Notes: a model not told the origin generated them from the sequence alone. A stretch of DNA of 64,000 bases from Bacteroidota bacterium (GCA_034659275.1 JAYEGY010000122.1:29512-93511), one strand, 5' to 3'; positions 10,461 to 19,675 are shown, counted from the first letter of the stretch. Made by a program: numbers and translations.

Positions 10461-11732
10461 ATGGGTCTTAAAAAATTTAAATATTACATATCTGCATATT
10501 TGCTAACAGTAATTGCAGTAAGCAGTTTAGCTGCCCAGGACATAGCTGAAGGAGAAATAAGGTCAATAAGGTTACACAGGGAAGAATGGAACCTGTCTTA
10601 TCCTATAATTGAGCTGGGATCAGATTCGAAATTTGTGCTGCATTTTGATTTACTGGCTGAAAATATAGAAACATATTGGTATACATTCATCCATTGTGAT
10701 AAGGACTGGAAACCCAGCCAGCTATACGAATCGGAATATCTCGAAGGGTTCACTGAAAACCAGCTACAGGATTACGAGATGTCATTCAATACCACTGTCA
10801 ATTATATACATTACAGTTTAGTTTTCCCGAACGACGATGTCAGTTTCAAAGTCTCGGGTAATTATATAATTAAAATATATCCTTTTGGAGAGCCCGGTAA
10901 TCCTGTTCTCACCAAAAGATTTATGATAAGTGAAGCGGCCATACCCATAAGAGCCACCACCTCAAGGTCGAAGTTAGCGGGCTACTACGAGACAGGGCAA
11001 CAGGTTGATTTCAGTGTTAACCATTCATCCCTTGATATAGTGGACCCTTATAATACTGTTTACATCACTATTCTTAAGAACGGCAGGTGGGATAATGCAA
11101 GAAAGAATTTAAAACCTGATTTCACATCCAGTTACACTCTTGAATACAATGGATTATCTGACCTGAATATATTTCCCGGAGGCAGTGAATACAGGTATTT
11201 TGATATAAGGAGCATAAGGTATCAGACAGAGTATATAAAAAATATAGAGAATATATACGGATATTACCATATTGAGCTAAAAGAATCGGACAACAGGGCT
11301 GCGCGCCGGTATTTTTACTGGGAGGACTTCAACGGCAAATATTACATTGCCCATCAGGAAGGCATCGATCCGGAAACCGATGCAGATTATGTTTATGTAT
11401 ATTTCACCCTTCCTTCCAGGTTTCCTGTATCAAACGATGTATATGTATTTGGGGAGCTCACCAACTGGGAATTCAATGAAGAGAATAAGATGAATTACAA
11501 TTCCGAAAGCGGAGCCTATGAATGCCGGCTCTTATTAAAACAAGGCTGGTATAATTATATGTACGCTGTCAGGAATGAAAGTCTTTCATCTTCTATCTTC
11601 AGTAAGTTTGAAGGGGATCATTACGAAACAGAAAATGATTATACAATCCTGGCCTATTACAGGGATCCCAACGGAAGGTACGACCGCCTTATAGGTCACC
11701 ATACTGTGAATACCCTGAGTACTCAGCGGTAG
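10461..11732 (+). CDS. DUF5103 / T9SS plug-like protein (secreted)
   Basis: Signal peptide 'AVSSLAAQ'. 'FIHCDKDWKPSQL' resembles the HC(N/D)ADW block I associate with the DUF5103 (T9SS plug N-terminal domain) family. The ATG at 10461 is preferred over the TTG at 10452. Confidence 0.45.
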   Translation: MGLKKFKYYISAYLLTVIAVSSLAAQDIAEGEIRSIRLHREEWNLSYPIIELGSDSKFVLHFDLLAENIETYWYTFIHCDKDWKPSQLYESEYLEGFTENQLQDYEMSFNTTVNYIHYSLVFPNDDVSFKVSGNYIIKIYPFGEPGNPVLTKRFMISEAAIPIRATTSRSKLAGYYETGQQVDFSVNHSSLDIVDPYNTVYITILKNGRWDNARKNLKPDFTSSYTLEYNGLSDLNIFPGGSEYRYFDIRSIRYQTEYIKNIENIYGYYHIELKESDNRAARRYFYWEDFNGKYYIAHQEGIDPETDADYVYVYFTLPSRFPVSNDVYVFGELTNWEFNEENKMNYNSESGAYECRLLLKQGWYNYMYAVRNESLSSSIFSKFEGDHYETENDYTILAYYRDPNGRYDRLIGHHTVNTLSTQR

Positions 11733-11734
11733 CA

Positions 11735-12250
11735 TCAATGTTTTTTATGCACATCAATCCCGTACTGCATATATATAGTATGCTGGAGTGTTTTCAGTAT
11801 TTCAGACATATATTCCCTGACTGCTTTTACAGAGCCCGGCAAGGTATATATAAGGCATTGCCCCATTATCCCGGCTATTGACCGGCTGAGCAATGCATTT
11901 GCTTGTTTCATTCCGTACTTTATCCTGATATGATCCATTATTCCCGGTATTTCAATATCGATGAGGTCTTTAACCACATCCACAGTTATATCCCTGGGGC
12001 CTATACCGGTACCACCTGATGTGATAATGATATTATAGTTACGGGAATACTCATTAAGTATCTGGCGCAGCCTGGCCTTATCATCATGTATTACTATTAT
12101 TTCCGTTTCCAGAGGCCAGGCTATACTATTGAAATAATCAGTTATCATTTCTTTTACCTGGGGACCGCTCAGGTCTTCATACTCACCATCTGCTGCCCTG
12201 TCGGACAAGGTTATAATGAGCACTTTAAATTTACCGGGCAGATCATTCAT
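11735..12250 (-). CDS. moaB: MoaB/MogA-family molybdenum cofactor biosynthesis protein
   Basis: 171 aa with 'ITSGGTGIGPRDIT', the MoCF_biosynth signature. It overlaps the 3' end of moaC. Confidence 0.85.
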   Translation of the reverse strand: MNDLPGKFKVLIITLSDRAADGEYEDLSGPQVKEMITDYFNSIAWPLETEIIVIHDDKARLRQILNEYSRNYNIIITSGGTGIGPRDITVDVVKDLIDIEIPGIMDHIRIKYGMKQANALLSRSIAGIMGQCLIYTLPGSVKAVREYMSEILKTLQHTIYMQYGIDVHKKH

Positions 12251-12692
12251 TTTTTTGTTTTTCTATTAAATGAATATTATTTATCACCATATCTTTATCC
12301 ACCGCCTTACACATATCATATACCGTAAGCAGTGCTATGGAAGTAGCTGTGAGGGCCTCCATTTCAACCCCTGTCCTGCCCCTGCTTTTTGCTTCACATT
12401 CGACGCTTATTCCCTCTTTTCCGAGAGTAGCTGTAAGCATTATTTTGTCAACAGTGATATTATGGCACAAAGGGATTAGGTCTGATGTTTTTTTGGCGGC
12501 CTGCACGCCTGCTATCTCAGCCACTGTGAGAACATCACCTTTTCTTATTTCGTTCTTTTTAATGAGTTCTATTGTAGAGGGAGACAGCATTATTGTTCCC
12601 CCGGCACGTGCAATCCTGTCGCTATCGGGCTTATCCCCGACATCAACCATGCGGGCACGGCCCTGTTGGTCGGTATGTGATAATTTTTTCAT
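12243..12692 (-). CDS. moaC: Cyclic pyranopterin monophosphate synthase MoaC
   Basis: 149 aa with 'KGDVL..A.IAG..AAKKT..LIPLCH' and 'GVEMEALTA', which are MoaC hallmarks. Confidence 0.9.
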   Translation of the reverse strand: MKKLSHTDQQGRARMVDVGDKPDSDRIARAGGTIMLSPSTIELIKKNEIRKGDVLTVAEIAGVQAAKKTSDLIPLCHNITVDKIMLTATLGKEGISVECEAKSRGRTGVEMEALTATSIALLTVYDMCKAVDKDMVINNIHLIEKQKNE

Positions 12693-12717
12693 AATTCATA
12701 AATCATAATTCATAAAT
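12690..12717. repeat. Perfect 14-nt tandem duplication (CATAATTCATAAAT x2) spanning the moaC start codon
   Basis: 12690-12703 equals 12704-12717, followed by a degenerate third copy. The repeat fills almost the whole moaA-moaC spacer. Confidence 0.9.
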
Positions 12718-12735
12718 TATAATTAATACTTTTTC

Positions 12736-13536
12736 TTAGCCACCGATATTATAAAATTCGTCTTTAGTATTAATTGTTCCAAATTCAGGTTTATTTTCCA
12801 CTGCCAGTTTAATTGCTTTTTCAGCTCCCAGTTCCCTGACATTATATTCAAGATCACTGAAGAGGCAAGGTTTCAACATACCATTAGCGGTCAATCTCAG
12901 CCTGTTGCATGTTTCACACTCACCTCCACAGCCTCCTTCAACAGTAGTGTATATGCCTTTAGACAGGTTCATTTCTTTTATATATCTTACTTCAAGGCCT
13001 TTCTTTGCAGCATAGTCAGCAACCATTTTCGCATCAGGTTCATTCTTTGATTCTTTTACGACACAATTCAGTTTCACAGGGCTTAAGCCGGCTTCTATGG
13101 CTGCATCGATGCCATCCAGTACCTGGTTCAGGTCACCTCCCCTGGTAATCCACCTGAACTTATGAGGATCCATTGAATCGAGGCTCACATTAATCCTGTG
13201 CAATCCTTTTTCAGCCAGCACCACGGCAAATTTTCTCAGTAGTGTGCCATTGGTAGTCATTGATAAATCATTAATGCCATCGATCCCGGCTATCATGCCA
13301 ACAAGAACAGGCAGGTCTTTCCTGACCAGTGGTTCACCACCTGTCAGTCTCACCTTATCTATTCCCATCCGTACAGCGATTTTAACAAATTCAGTGATTT
13401 CGTCATAAGTAAGAATATCTTCATGCCTCAAAAGTTTAATTCCTTCGGCTGGCATGCAATAGCGGCATCTCAGGTTACACCTGTCGGTTACTGATATTCT
13501 CAAATAATTAATCCTTCTGTTAAATCTGTCGTACAT
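12736..13536 (-). CDS. moaA: GTP 3',8-cyclase MoaA (compact form)
   Basis: Radical-SAM motif 'CNLRCRYC', a C-terminal cluster 'CETCNRLRLTANGMLKPC' (C-x2-C-x13-C) and a terminal 'GG'. It is only 266 aa. Confidence 0.85.
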   Translation of the reverse strand: MYDRFNRRINYLRISVTDRCNLRCRYCMPAEGIKLLRHEDILTYDEITEFVKIAVRMGIDKVRLTGGEPLVRKDLPVLVGMIAGIDGINDLSMTTNGTLLRKFAVVLAEKGLHRINVSLDSMDPHKFRWITRGGDLNQVLDGIDAAIEAGLSPVKLNCVVKESKNEPDAKMVADYAAKKGLEVRYIKEMNLSKGIYTTVEGGCGGECETCNRLRLTANGMLKPCLFSDLEYNVRELGAEKAIKLAVENKPEFGTINTKDEFYNIGG

Positions 13537-14698
13537 CTACTATTTCTCCTTTTTTTATTTCTTTAATCCCCACAGGAACCTTCATTATACCATATGCTCC
13601 CGGAAGTGCATTAATATGGGCTGAACCGTGGTATTCAACCGGCGTAACCGTTTCATCGTTGTTTAAAATAACGGGAACCCATGACATCCGCCCGGCCCGC
13701 TTACGAAAATAGTCTTTCCCCAGTTTATGCTTTCGCTGTCCTTCTTTGATCATTGATCCCATAGATCTGTTTATCAATGGTCTTACAAATAGTTCGAACT
13801 GTATAAATGATGATACAGGATTTCCGGGTAAACCGAATATCAAAGCATTTCCATGAACTCCGAATGTAGTTGGCTTACCTGGTTGAACAGCTATCCTGTC
13901 AAAGATTATTTTTACTCCTGCTCTTGTCATCACCTGAGGCACAAAATCGAAGTCTCCCATTGACACTCCACCTGTAAGCAGGACTATATCACATTCATCT
14001 ATTGCCTTAACCATTATATCATAGGTAATACTTTCTTCATCAGGGGCTATGCCATAATAAACAGGTTCAGCGCCTGCCCTGCTTACCTGGGCCATTAGCT
14101 GGTATGCATTACTGTTTCGTATTTGTGATGGAGCCGGTTTGATATATGGTTCCACCAATTCATTACCCGTGGTAATAACTGCAATTTTCAAGCGTTTTTT
14201 TACAGCTACCTTCACTACACCTACTGTTGCCATAACAGCAATATCCTGAGGCCTAATAAGACGACCCGCTTTTATTACCGTATCCCCCACCCTTATGTCC
14301 TCTCCCATCATGGCAATATTGTTCTTTCCAGGTTTCCCCTTAAACCTGACCCTGCCATTTTTTTCTTCTGCGTCTTCGACCATGAAGACCCAGTCGGCAC
14401 CCTCCGGCATCGTAGCTCCTGTCATTATTTTAATACATTCTCCGGCTTCAACTTTCTTTAAGGCAGGCTTCCCGGCAGGAAGTATATCCTTTATAACAAG
14501 CTCTTTATCCAGGTCTTCTTTCCGGCATGCATAGCCGTCAACAGCAGGCTTATCAAAGGGAGGCATGTTAATATCACTGATAATATCTTCAGCAAGGAAT
14601 CTTCCAAGTGAATCCAAAATCTCAACATATTCAATCCCTGTTTCAAGGATGTATTTTTCAGTTATTGCCAAAGCCTCTTCATAAGGTACCATTATCAA
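13520..14698 (-). CDS. moeA: Molybdopterin molybdenum/tungsten transferase MoeA
   Basis: 392 aa with MoeA N-terminal, MoCF and C-terminal domain patterns ('LLTGGVSMGDFD', 'VAVQPGKP', 'GLPGNPVS'). Confidence 0.9.
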   Translation of the reverse strand: MIMVPYEEALAITEKYILETGIEYVEILDSLGRFLAEDIISDINMPPFDKPAVDGYACRKEDLDKELVIKDILPAGKPALKKVEAGECIKIMTGATMPEGADWVFMVEDAEEKNGRVRFKGKPGKNNIAMMGEDIRVGDTVIKAGRLIRPQDIAVMATVGVVKVAVKKRLKIAVITTGNELVEPYIKPAPSQIRNSNAYQLMAQVSRAGAEPVYYGIAPDEESITYDIMVKAIDECDIVLLTGGVSMGDFDFVPQVMTRAGVKIIFDRIAVQPGKPTTFGVHGNALIFGLPGNPVSSFIQFELFVRPLINRSMGSMIKEGQRKHKLGKDYFRKRAGRMSWVPVILNNDETVTPVEYHGSAHINALPGAYGIMKVPVGIKEIKKGEIVDVRQI

Positions 14699-14705
14699 TT
14701 CAATT

Positions 14706-15746
14706 TTAGATTACTCTCAATTCACTTACCGAAAAACACAAAAATACTAATTGTCCTTTTTTTAGTGATAATTCTTCAAGTTTCTTGCTGCTTATGAGGA
14801 CATGATAAAGATCCCCAGAATTAACAAATAGTTCATAGCCGCTTTCGGCCCTGTTTAATTCTGTTATTTTACCCCTTATACAATTATCTCTGTTGTTTTG
14901 TTCTACAGGAGACAGATGAATTGAATCACTCTTTATTAAGAGAAGCCCGTTTTCAGGATAATCACCCGCTGGCAGTGTATATTTACAGTTTTCAGATACT
15001 GCAATATTTTTCCCTTTTTCCCTGTATATTTTAACCCGGTAAAAATTCCTTATACCCGCAAAGCGGGCAACAAACTTATTTACTGGCCTTGAAAATACGC
15101 TGTCTGTATCACCTGTTTGTAATATCCTTCCATTATGTATAACTCCCACCCTGTGTGACAACCTCACAGCTTCGCTATAATCGTGGGTTACATGAAGCAT
15201 GGTTATCCCCGCTTCATTAATCCTGCGCAGCAGTTGCCTGATATCGTCCCGCAGGGGGGCATCAATGGAAGCCATCGGCTCATCAAGCATAATTAATTCA
15301 GGTGAATTGACAAGTGTACGTGCCAGTGCAAGCCTTTGTTTTTCACCTCCTGAAAGGTCCTCCGTTTTGCGATCCAGTAAGTGTGCTATATTGACGTTCT
15401 CAGCCATCTTCTTTACCCTGTTGTCTATTTCAACTTTTGGTAATCTTTTTATTTTCAATGAATAAGCAATATTGTCATATACAGTCATGTGCGGGAATAT
15501 TGCAAAATCCTGGAACACCAATCCAATTTTCCTTTTCTGTATTTTCTCGTGAGTAATATCCCTTCCGTTAAGATAAATAGTGCCTCTATCAGGTGATCTC
15601 AAACCTGCAATAATTTCCAGAAGCTGTGATTTACCGGCACCTGAACGCCCGAGAAGAATAAAATATTCCCCCTTTGAGACATTCAGGTTTATATCTTTCA
15701 GGGCAAAATCCCCGTAATTCTTCGATATGTTTTTGATTTCAAGCAT
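14706..15746 (-). CDS. ABC transporter ATP-binding protein with a C-terminal TOBE-like extension (tungstate/molybdate type)
   Basis: Walker A 'GRSGAGKS', signature 'LSGGEKQR' and Walker B 'LIMLDEP'. It follows the permease and binding-protein genes. Confidence 0.8.
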   Translation of the reverse strand: MLEIKNISKNYGDFALKDINLNVSKGEYFILLGRSGAGKSQLLEIIAGLRSPDRGTIYLNGRDITHEKIQKRKIGLVFQDFAIFPHMTVYDNIAYSLKIKRLPKVEIDNRVKKMAENVNIAHLLDRKTEDLSGGEKQRLALARTLVNSPELIMLDEPMASIDAPLRDDIRQLLRRINEAGITMLHVTHDYSEAVRLSHRVGVIHNGRILQTGDTDSVFSRPVNKFVARFAGIRNFYRVKIYREKGKNIAVSENCKYTLPAGDYPENGLLLIKSDSIHLSPVEQNNRDNCIRGKITELNRAESGYELFVNSGDLYHVLISSKKLEELSLKKGQLVFLCFSVSELRVI

Positions 15747-16568
15747 TTAGCCGTTATTCACAGTTACTTTCTTAAGGTTTATTTGGTCTTTATTAGAGAA
15801 AATTCTGATTATTATAAATATCACCAGTGCCACAAGAATAAAGAACAAGGAAGCAGGCCTTGCGTATGACAGGCCGAACTGGTTGAATCTTTCATATATC
15901 AATACCGGAGCGGTCATGGGGTGATATGCAATGATCACTACTGCTCCAAATTCACTCATTCCCCTTGCAAACATCATAATAAATCCTGACGCAATATTTC
16001 TCCATGTCAGGGGCAATGACACGGTAAAGAACATTTTTACGGGTGAAGCACCCAGGTTCATGGCTGCCTTTTCCAGTCGTTCAGGAACTGCTACAAAGCC
16101 ATCTCTTGCAGCATTAATCAGGAATGAAAGACTGACAAATGCCATTGCCATAGCTATGCCTACAGGGTTACCAACGAGGTTCAAACCTATGCCTTCAGCT
16201 ATTTTCCCCAGCAGGCCTTCCCGTGAAATAAATCCCAGCATTGCTATGCCGGCTGCAGAGTGAGGTAAGACCACGGGCAGGTCAATAAGCCCCTGCACTA
16301 TTTGTTTACCGGGGAAATTATACCGGGCCATCATCCATGCAAAGGGTATGGCCATAATAGAAAAAGCCAGGGTGGCCATGAATGCAACCGAAAGTGTCAG
16401 CCATACACTGTCCTGGACCTCTTCATCCTTTACTGTCTGAAAAAAATCAGCAGGTGATGTATCGAGGACCATCCCTATGAGTGGTGCCAGGATAAAAAGG
16501 AGTACCAATGATGACAGTACCAGTATTATCCAATGAAATGTACTCCGTTTATTTACTTGAAAAGCCAT
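15747..16568 (-). CDS. ABC transporter permease (molybdate/tungstate family)
   Basis: 273 aa, polytopic, with an EAA-like loop 'EKAAMNLGASP'. Confidence 0.8.
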   Translation of the reverse strand: MAFQVNKRSTFHWIILVLSSLVLLFILAPLIGMVLDTSPADFFQTVKDEEVQDSVWLTLSVAFMATLAFSIMAIPFAWMMARYNFPGKQIVQGLIDLPVVLPHSAAGIAMLGFISREGLLGKIAEGIGLNLVGNPVGIAMAMAFVSLSFLINAARDGFVAVPERLEKAAMNLGASPVKMFFTVSLPLTWRNIASGFIMMFARGMSEFGAVVIIAYHPMTAPVLIYERFNQFGLSYARPASLFFILVALVIFIIIRIFSNKDQINLKKVTVNNG

Positions 16569-16648
16569 TATTTAAAATGCTGACCGGTTATGAACAAATA
16601 TGCATATCGACAAAAATAAAAATAATACCCGAGAAAGCTGGTATATTC

Positions 16649-17599
16649 TTATTTGAATAATGTTCCGAGTCTTTCCGGTAAAGCTTCCGCCGGACCGTTA
16701 AAACGAAGATCAATGGGAGCTTGTCCGTTTTCACGTAATACCTTACGCCCTTTTTCACCCAGGAAAAAAGCCATGAAATCCACAGCGTCATCCCTGTTGG
16801 GTGCATCGTTAATCAAAGTCAGGCCATAAATCATGTTGCTGCCCTTAATCCGGACGGTTTCACCGGGCTTGTCGCCTGTAATGTCCACACTTACCGAATT
16901 ATATAATTCTTCAAATGCAGGGTCAGAGAGGTTTATTTCGGAGGGGAGGCTTATATAATCAAGCCCGTGTTGTTCACAAACCGACTTATATTCAATGATA
17001 TAATCCAATGCCTTTGTTTCTATCAGGGCAACCAGGTCAACGCCCTTGGGCCTGATCATGTTCCTGTCTTTGCCCGTAAGCTTCTCTGCCAGTCCGTTTT
17101 GCTTGTAGTAGTCAGCAGCCAGTTTGAACATCATTACCGTACGGTAGCCACATGGGTCGGCATCTGGATCAGCACGTCCATATACAACATCCTCATCAGA
17201 CAGCACTTCATACCAGTTGCCAGGACCAACAATATCAGCATGTACTGACTTTTCATGATATGCTATTACCATTTCATTTGTTGCAAACCAGATATTCCAA
17301 TCGGTATATTCCGGCATAAGAAATTTTTCGATCACCTTGTAATCAGCTGATGCCATGATATCGCATTCTTTGCCAAGCTCGGTTATTTTACGGGTACAGG
17401 CAACACTGCCTGCTCCTTCGAGCATAATTTTTATATGGGGGTTGATCTCCATATACTCTCCTGCTATCTTCTTGAGAGGTACAGAAAGGCTTCCTGCATG
17501 GAAAATGATTATCTCATTTTCAGTTTTGTTTTTACATGCTGCAAAGGAAAGAAGGCTTATCAAAAAAAATATTGTAAATACCTTATTTCTGTTCTTCAT
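16649..17599 (-). CDS. wtpA: WtpA-like tungstate/molybdate substrate-binding lipoprotein
   Basis: Lipobox 'SFAAC'. 'IIFHAGSLSVP...GAGSVACTRKITELGKECDIMASADY' matches my recollection of archaeal-type WtpA binding proteins. Confidence 0.6.
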   Translation of the reverse strand: MKNRNKVFTIFFLISLLSFAACKNKTENEIIIFHAGSLSVPLKKIAGEYMEINPHIKIMLEGAGSVACTRKITELGKECDIMASADYKVIEKFLMPEYTDWNIWFATNEMVIAYHEKSVHADIVGPGNWYEVLSDEDVVYGRADPDADPCGYRTVMMFKLAADYYKQNGLAEKLTGKDRNMIRPKGVDLVALIETKALDYIIEYKSVCEQHGLDYISLPSEINLSDPAFEELYNSVSVDITGDKPGETVRIKGSNMIYGLTLINDAPNRDDAVDFMAFFLGEKGRKVLRENGQAPIDLRFNGPAEALPERLGTLFK

Positions 17600-17981
17600 C
17601 AGGTCTTTTATTTATGCTCCAGAAAAATTTCCTTGTTATTTCTTTCATTGATGTATTAAACTGTTCGATTAGTTCATTATAAGCATTCATAAGTTCATTT
17701 CCTTCCGCCGTTAGTTCGGTATGACCACCTTCAGCTCCCCCCCGATGTTTTTCAACAAGATTAAATCCAAGTTTTTCCTCCACTTCTCTAATCATACCCC
17801 AGGCCTTCCGATAACTCATACTCATCTCAGCAGCTGCCGAAGCCAGGGATCCTGTTTTCCTTATTGCATTCAGGAGGTCAAAGCCTTCCCAATCCAGTAT
17901 TTTTTCATCACTAAGCGTTTCGAGGTTAATGTGGTATTTCAGGAATACATCATAATATTTTGAACCTTTGGGACCGGCCAT
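17583..17981 (-). CDS. ModE N-terminal-domain-only (winged HTH) regulator
   Basis: 132 aa. 'LLNAIRKTGSLASAAAEMSMSYRKAWGMI..EEKLG..LVEKHRGG..GG.TELT..G' is a ModE/LysR-type HTH. No Mop/TOBE molybdate-binding domains follow it. Confidence 0.7.
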   Translation of the reverse strand: MAGPKGSKYYDVFLKYHINLETLSDEKILDWEGFDLLNAIRKTGSLASAAAEMSMSYRKAWGMIREVEEKLGFNLVEKHRGGAEGGHTELTAEGNELMNAYNELIEQFNTSMKEITRKFFWSINKRPDEEQK

Positions 17982-17997
17982 AATGTTTAAGTTGAGA

Positions 17998-18017
17998 GGC
18001 CTGCCTCATGGCAGGCC
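17998..18017 (-). terminator. GC-rich hairpin downstream of ppnP
   Basis: GGCCTGCC-TCAT-GGCAGGCC, a perfect 8-bp stem. The downstream U-tract is weak. Confidence 0.35.
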
Positions 18018-18036
18018 CGGTTGAAAAAGTTGAGTA

Positions 18037-18318
18037 TTATTTATAAAGACATATATAAGCTGTGGGCTCCTTCACGTTAACCTTGAAGGTACTGCCCTTA
18101 TCAACAATAAAAGATTCTCCTCCTTTAAAGTCTTTCCATTCGGACTCTCCCGGTTGCAAAACCGTGAGAGTCCCTGATGTAACTGTCATATGTTCAACAG
18201 TAGAGGTATTGAACTCATATTTGCCCGGGGCCATAACACCAATGGTGGCATGACCGCCGGCATTCTCAAAGGCAATTGATTTCACATTGCCGTCAAAATA
18301 TTCATTAATTTTGAACAT
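18037..18318 (-). CDS. ppnP: Pyrimidine/purine nucleoside phosphorylase PpnP (DUF1255)
   Basis: 93-aa cupin. 'NEYFDGNVKSI.F......T.GVM.PG.Y.F.T...E.M.V..G.L' matches the YaiE/PpnP pattern. Confidence 0.8.
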   Translation of the reverse strand: MFKINEYFDGNVKSIAFENAGGHATIGVMAPGKYEFNTSTVEHMTVTSGTLTVLQPGESEWKDFKGGESFIVDKGSTFKVNVKEPTAYICLYK

Positions 18319-18434
18319 TATTTAACATTATTTCTGATTACAAATCGATTTAGCTGATCTACAAATTTAAAGTTTTATTGGATTTTTAAAACACATATGT
18401 CTGTTCCAAAAAAACTGAAGCCGTAAGCGGTGAT

Positions 18435-19535
18435 TTATTCAGCACGCATTATATAGGCCAGCTTTGCGCCTTTAAGATGCCTGTCACCGAAGAAGTCGGC
18501 TCCGGGATGCACAATAAACCTTCCACCCTGATTATTGGGTTCATCCAGCAGGATTACGTCTGCCATATCGGTGCGGTTCAATATTTCGGAAAGTGAAAAT
18601 ACCACCCTGTAAGCATCTTTTGCACCTATTGCTATCAGTCCTCTGGCAAGATCATCATTTGTAAAATTATAGTTTTCACTCAGCACTTCACCAAGAGGTA
18701 CACCGGTATAGTCGTTTATTCCCCTGAGTCCTTTATGCATACCGAAAAATACCAGTTTATGATTTATCATCAGCTTACCGCTTGTTTCAGAATCATCAAT
18801 AATCGTTGTTTTATTTCCCGTTCCCTTTATCTCAATCTCTGGGGAGAAGAGAGGTCTAAGCCCTTTTCTGCCGGGAAAGCTTTCCGGGAAAGATCGTATG
18901 ATGATCTTGGATGGCTTATCGATATTTCTGACAGTAATAAAATCATTTGAGGCTACCAGCCTGGTTTTTTCGGGAAGTGGCCATTTTTCATCCGAAGCTG
19001 TAGGGAAAATGGGCTGGACGTATGTTGCCAGGATAATATCGTGACAATGAGTAGAATAGAATAGTTCGCCCCAGCTGAATACTGCTTTATCGCCCCGGTC
19101 ATTTTCCACCACAACAAAAACATCAGTATTAAGTCCGAATTCGCTTTTGTTATATTTGGAAACCACGTAATCCTTCACTATATCCGATAGTGAATAACCG
19201 GTATACTGGAAAGCGCCCCTGAATTCCGGTTCACCATTATTCCGTTCAGGAAAATATTCTTTAACAACAACGGTACGCTTTTGCAGATCATCTATATATG
19301 CCTTGCCCGGATTAAGGATTTCGCCACTGACATAAGGCATATTCCCTTCCAGTTTGACAGCTCTTTCGTTATCAAAAGGATTATTATTGTATTGAGCCCT
19401 GATTACAGGATTTTCAAGATAATTTTTAAGATATTCGGGTTTTAATGTTTCTCCTGAAATAACATCAGGGTCCTGGGCTAATGATGCCACCAGGCTTAAA
19501 GCAAAAAATAATAGCAGTAAACCGGTCCTTTTCAT
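18435..19535 (-). CDS. Secreted protein with two tandem domains of unknown function (sulfite-oxidase/YedY-fold-like pattern)
   Basis: Signal peptide 'LVASLAQ'. There is an internal repeat: 'FQYTGYSLSDIVKDYVV...VVVENDRGDKAVFSWGEL' versus 'NDYTGVPLGEVLSENY...IAIGAKDAYRVVFSLSEIL'. Confidence 0.6.
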   Translation of the reverse strand: MKRTGLLLLFFALSLVASLAQDPDVISGETLKPEYLKNYLENPVIRAQYNNNPFDNERAVKLEGNMPYVSGEILNPGKAYIDDLQKRTVVVKEYFPERNNGEPEFRGAFQYTGYSLSDIVKDYVVSKYNKSEFGLNTDVFVVVENDRGDKAVFSWGELFYSTHCHDIILATYVQPIFPTASDEKWPLPEKTRLVASNDFITVRNIDKPSKIIIRSFPESFPGRKGLRPLFSPEIEIKGTGNKTTIIDDSETSGKLMINHKLVFFGMHKGLRGINDYTGVPLGEVLSENYNFTNDDLARGLIAIGAKDAYRVVFSLSEILNRTDMADVILLDEPNNQGGRFIVHPGADFFGDRHLKGAKLAYIMRAE

Positions 19536-19675
19536 ATCCGCAATTTAAATTAACAACAGGAAGCGAATATAATTTATTCGAGCAAGGCTTGCAAGGATGA
19601 AATGAAGAACCAATATGAATTATGAATTAATGAGGTTTCCCGGATAAGGTAAACCGTTTTTTACTCAGGATGATA

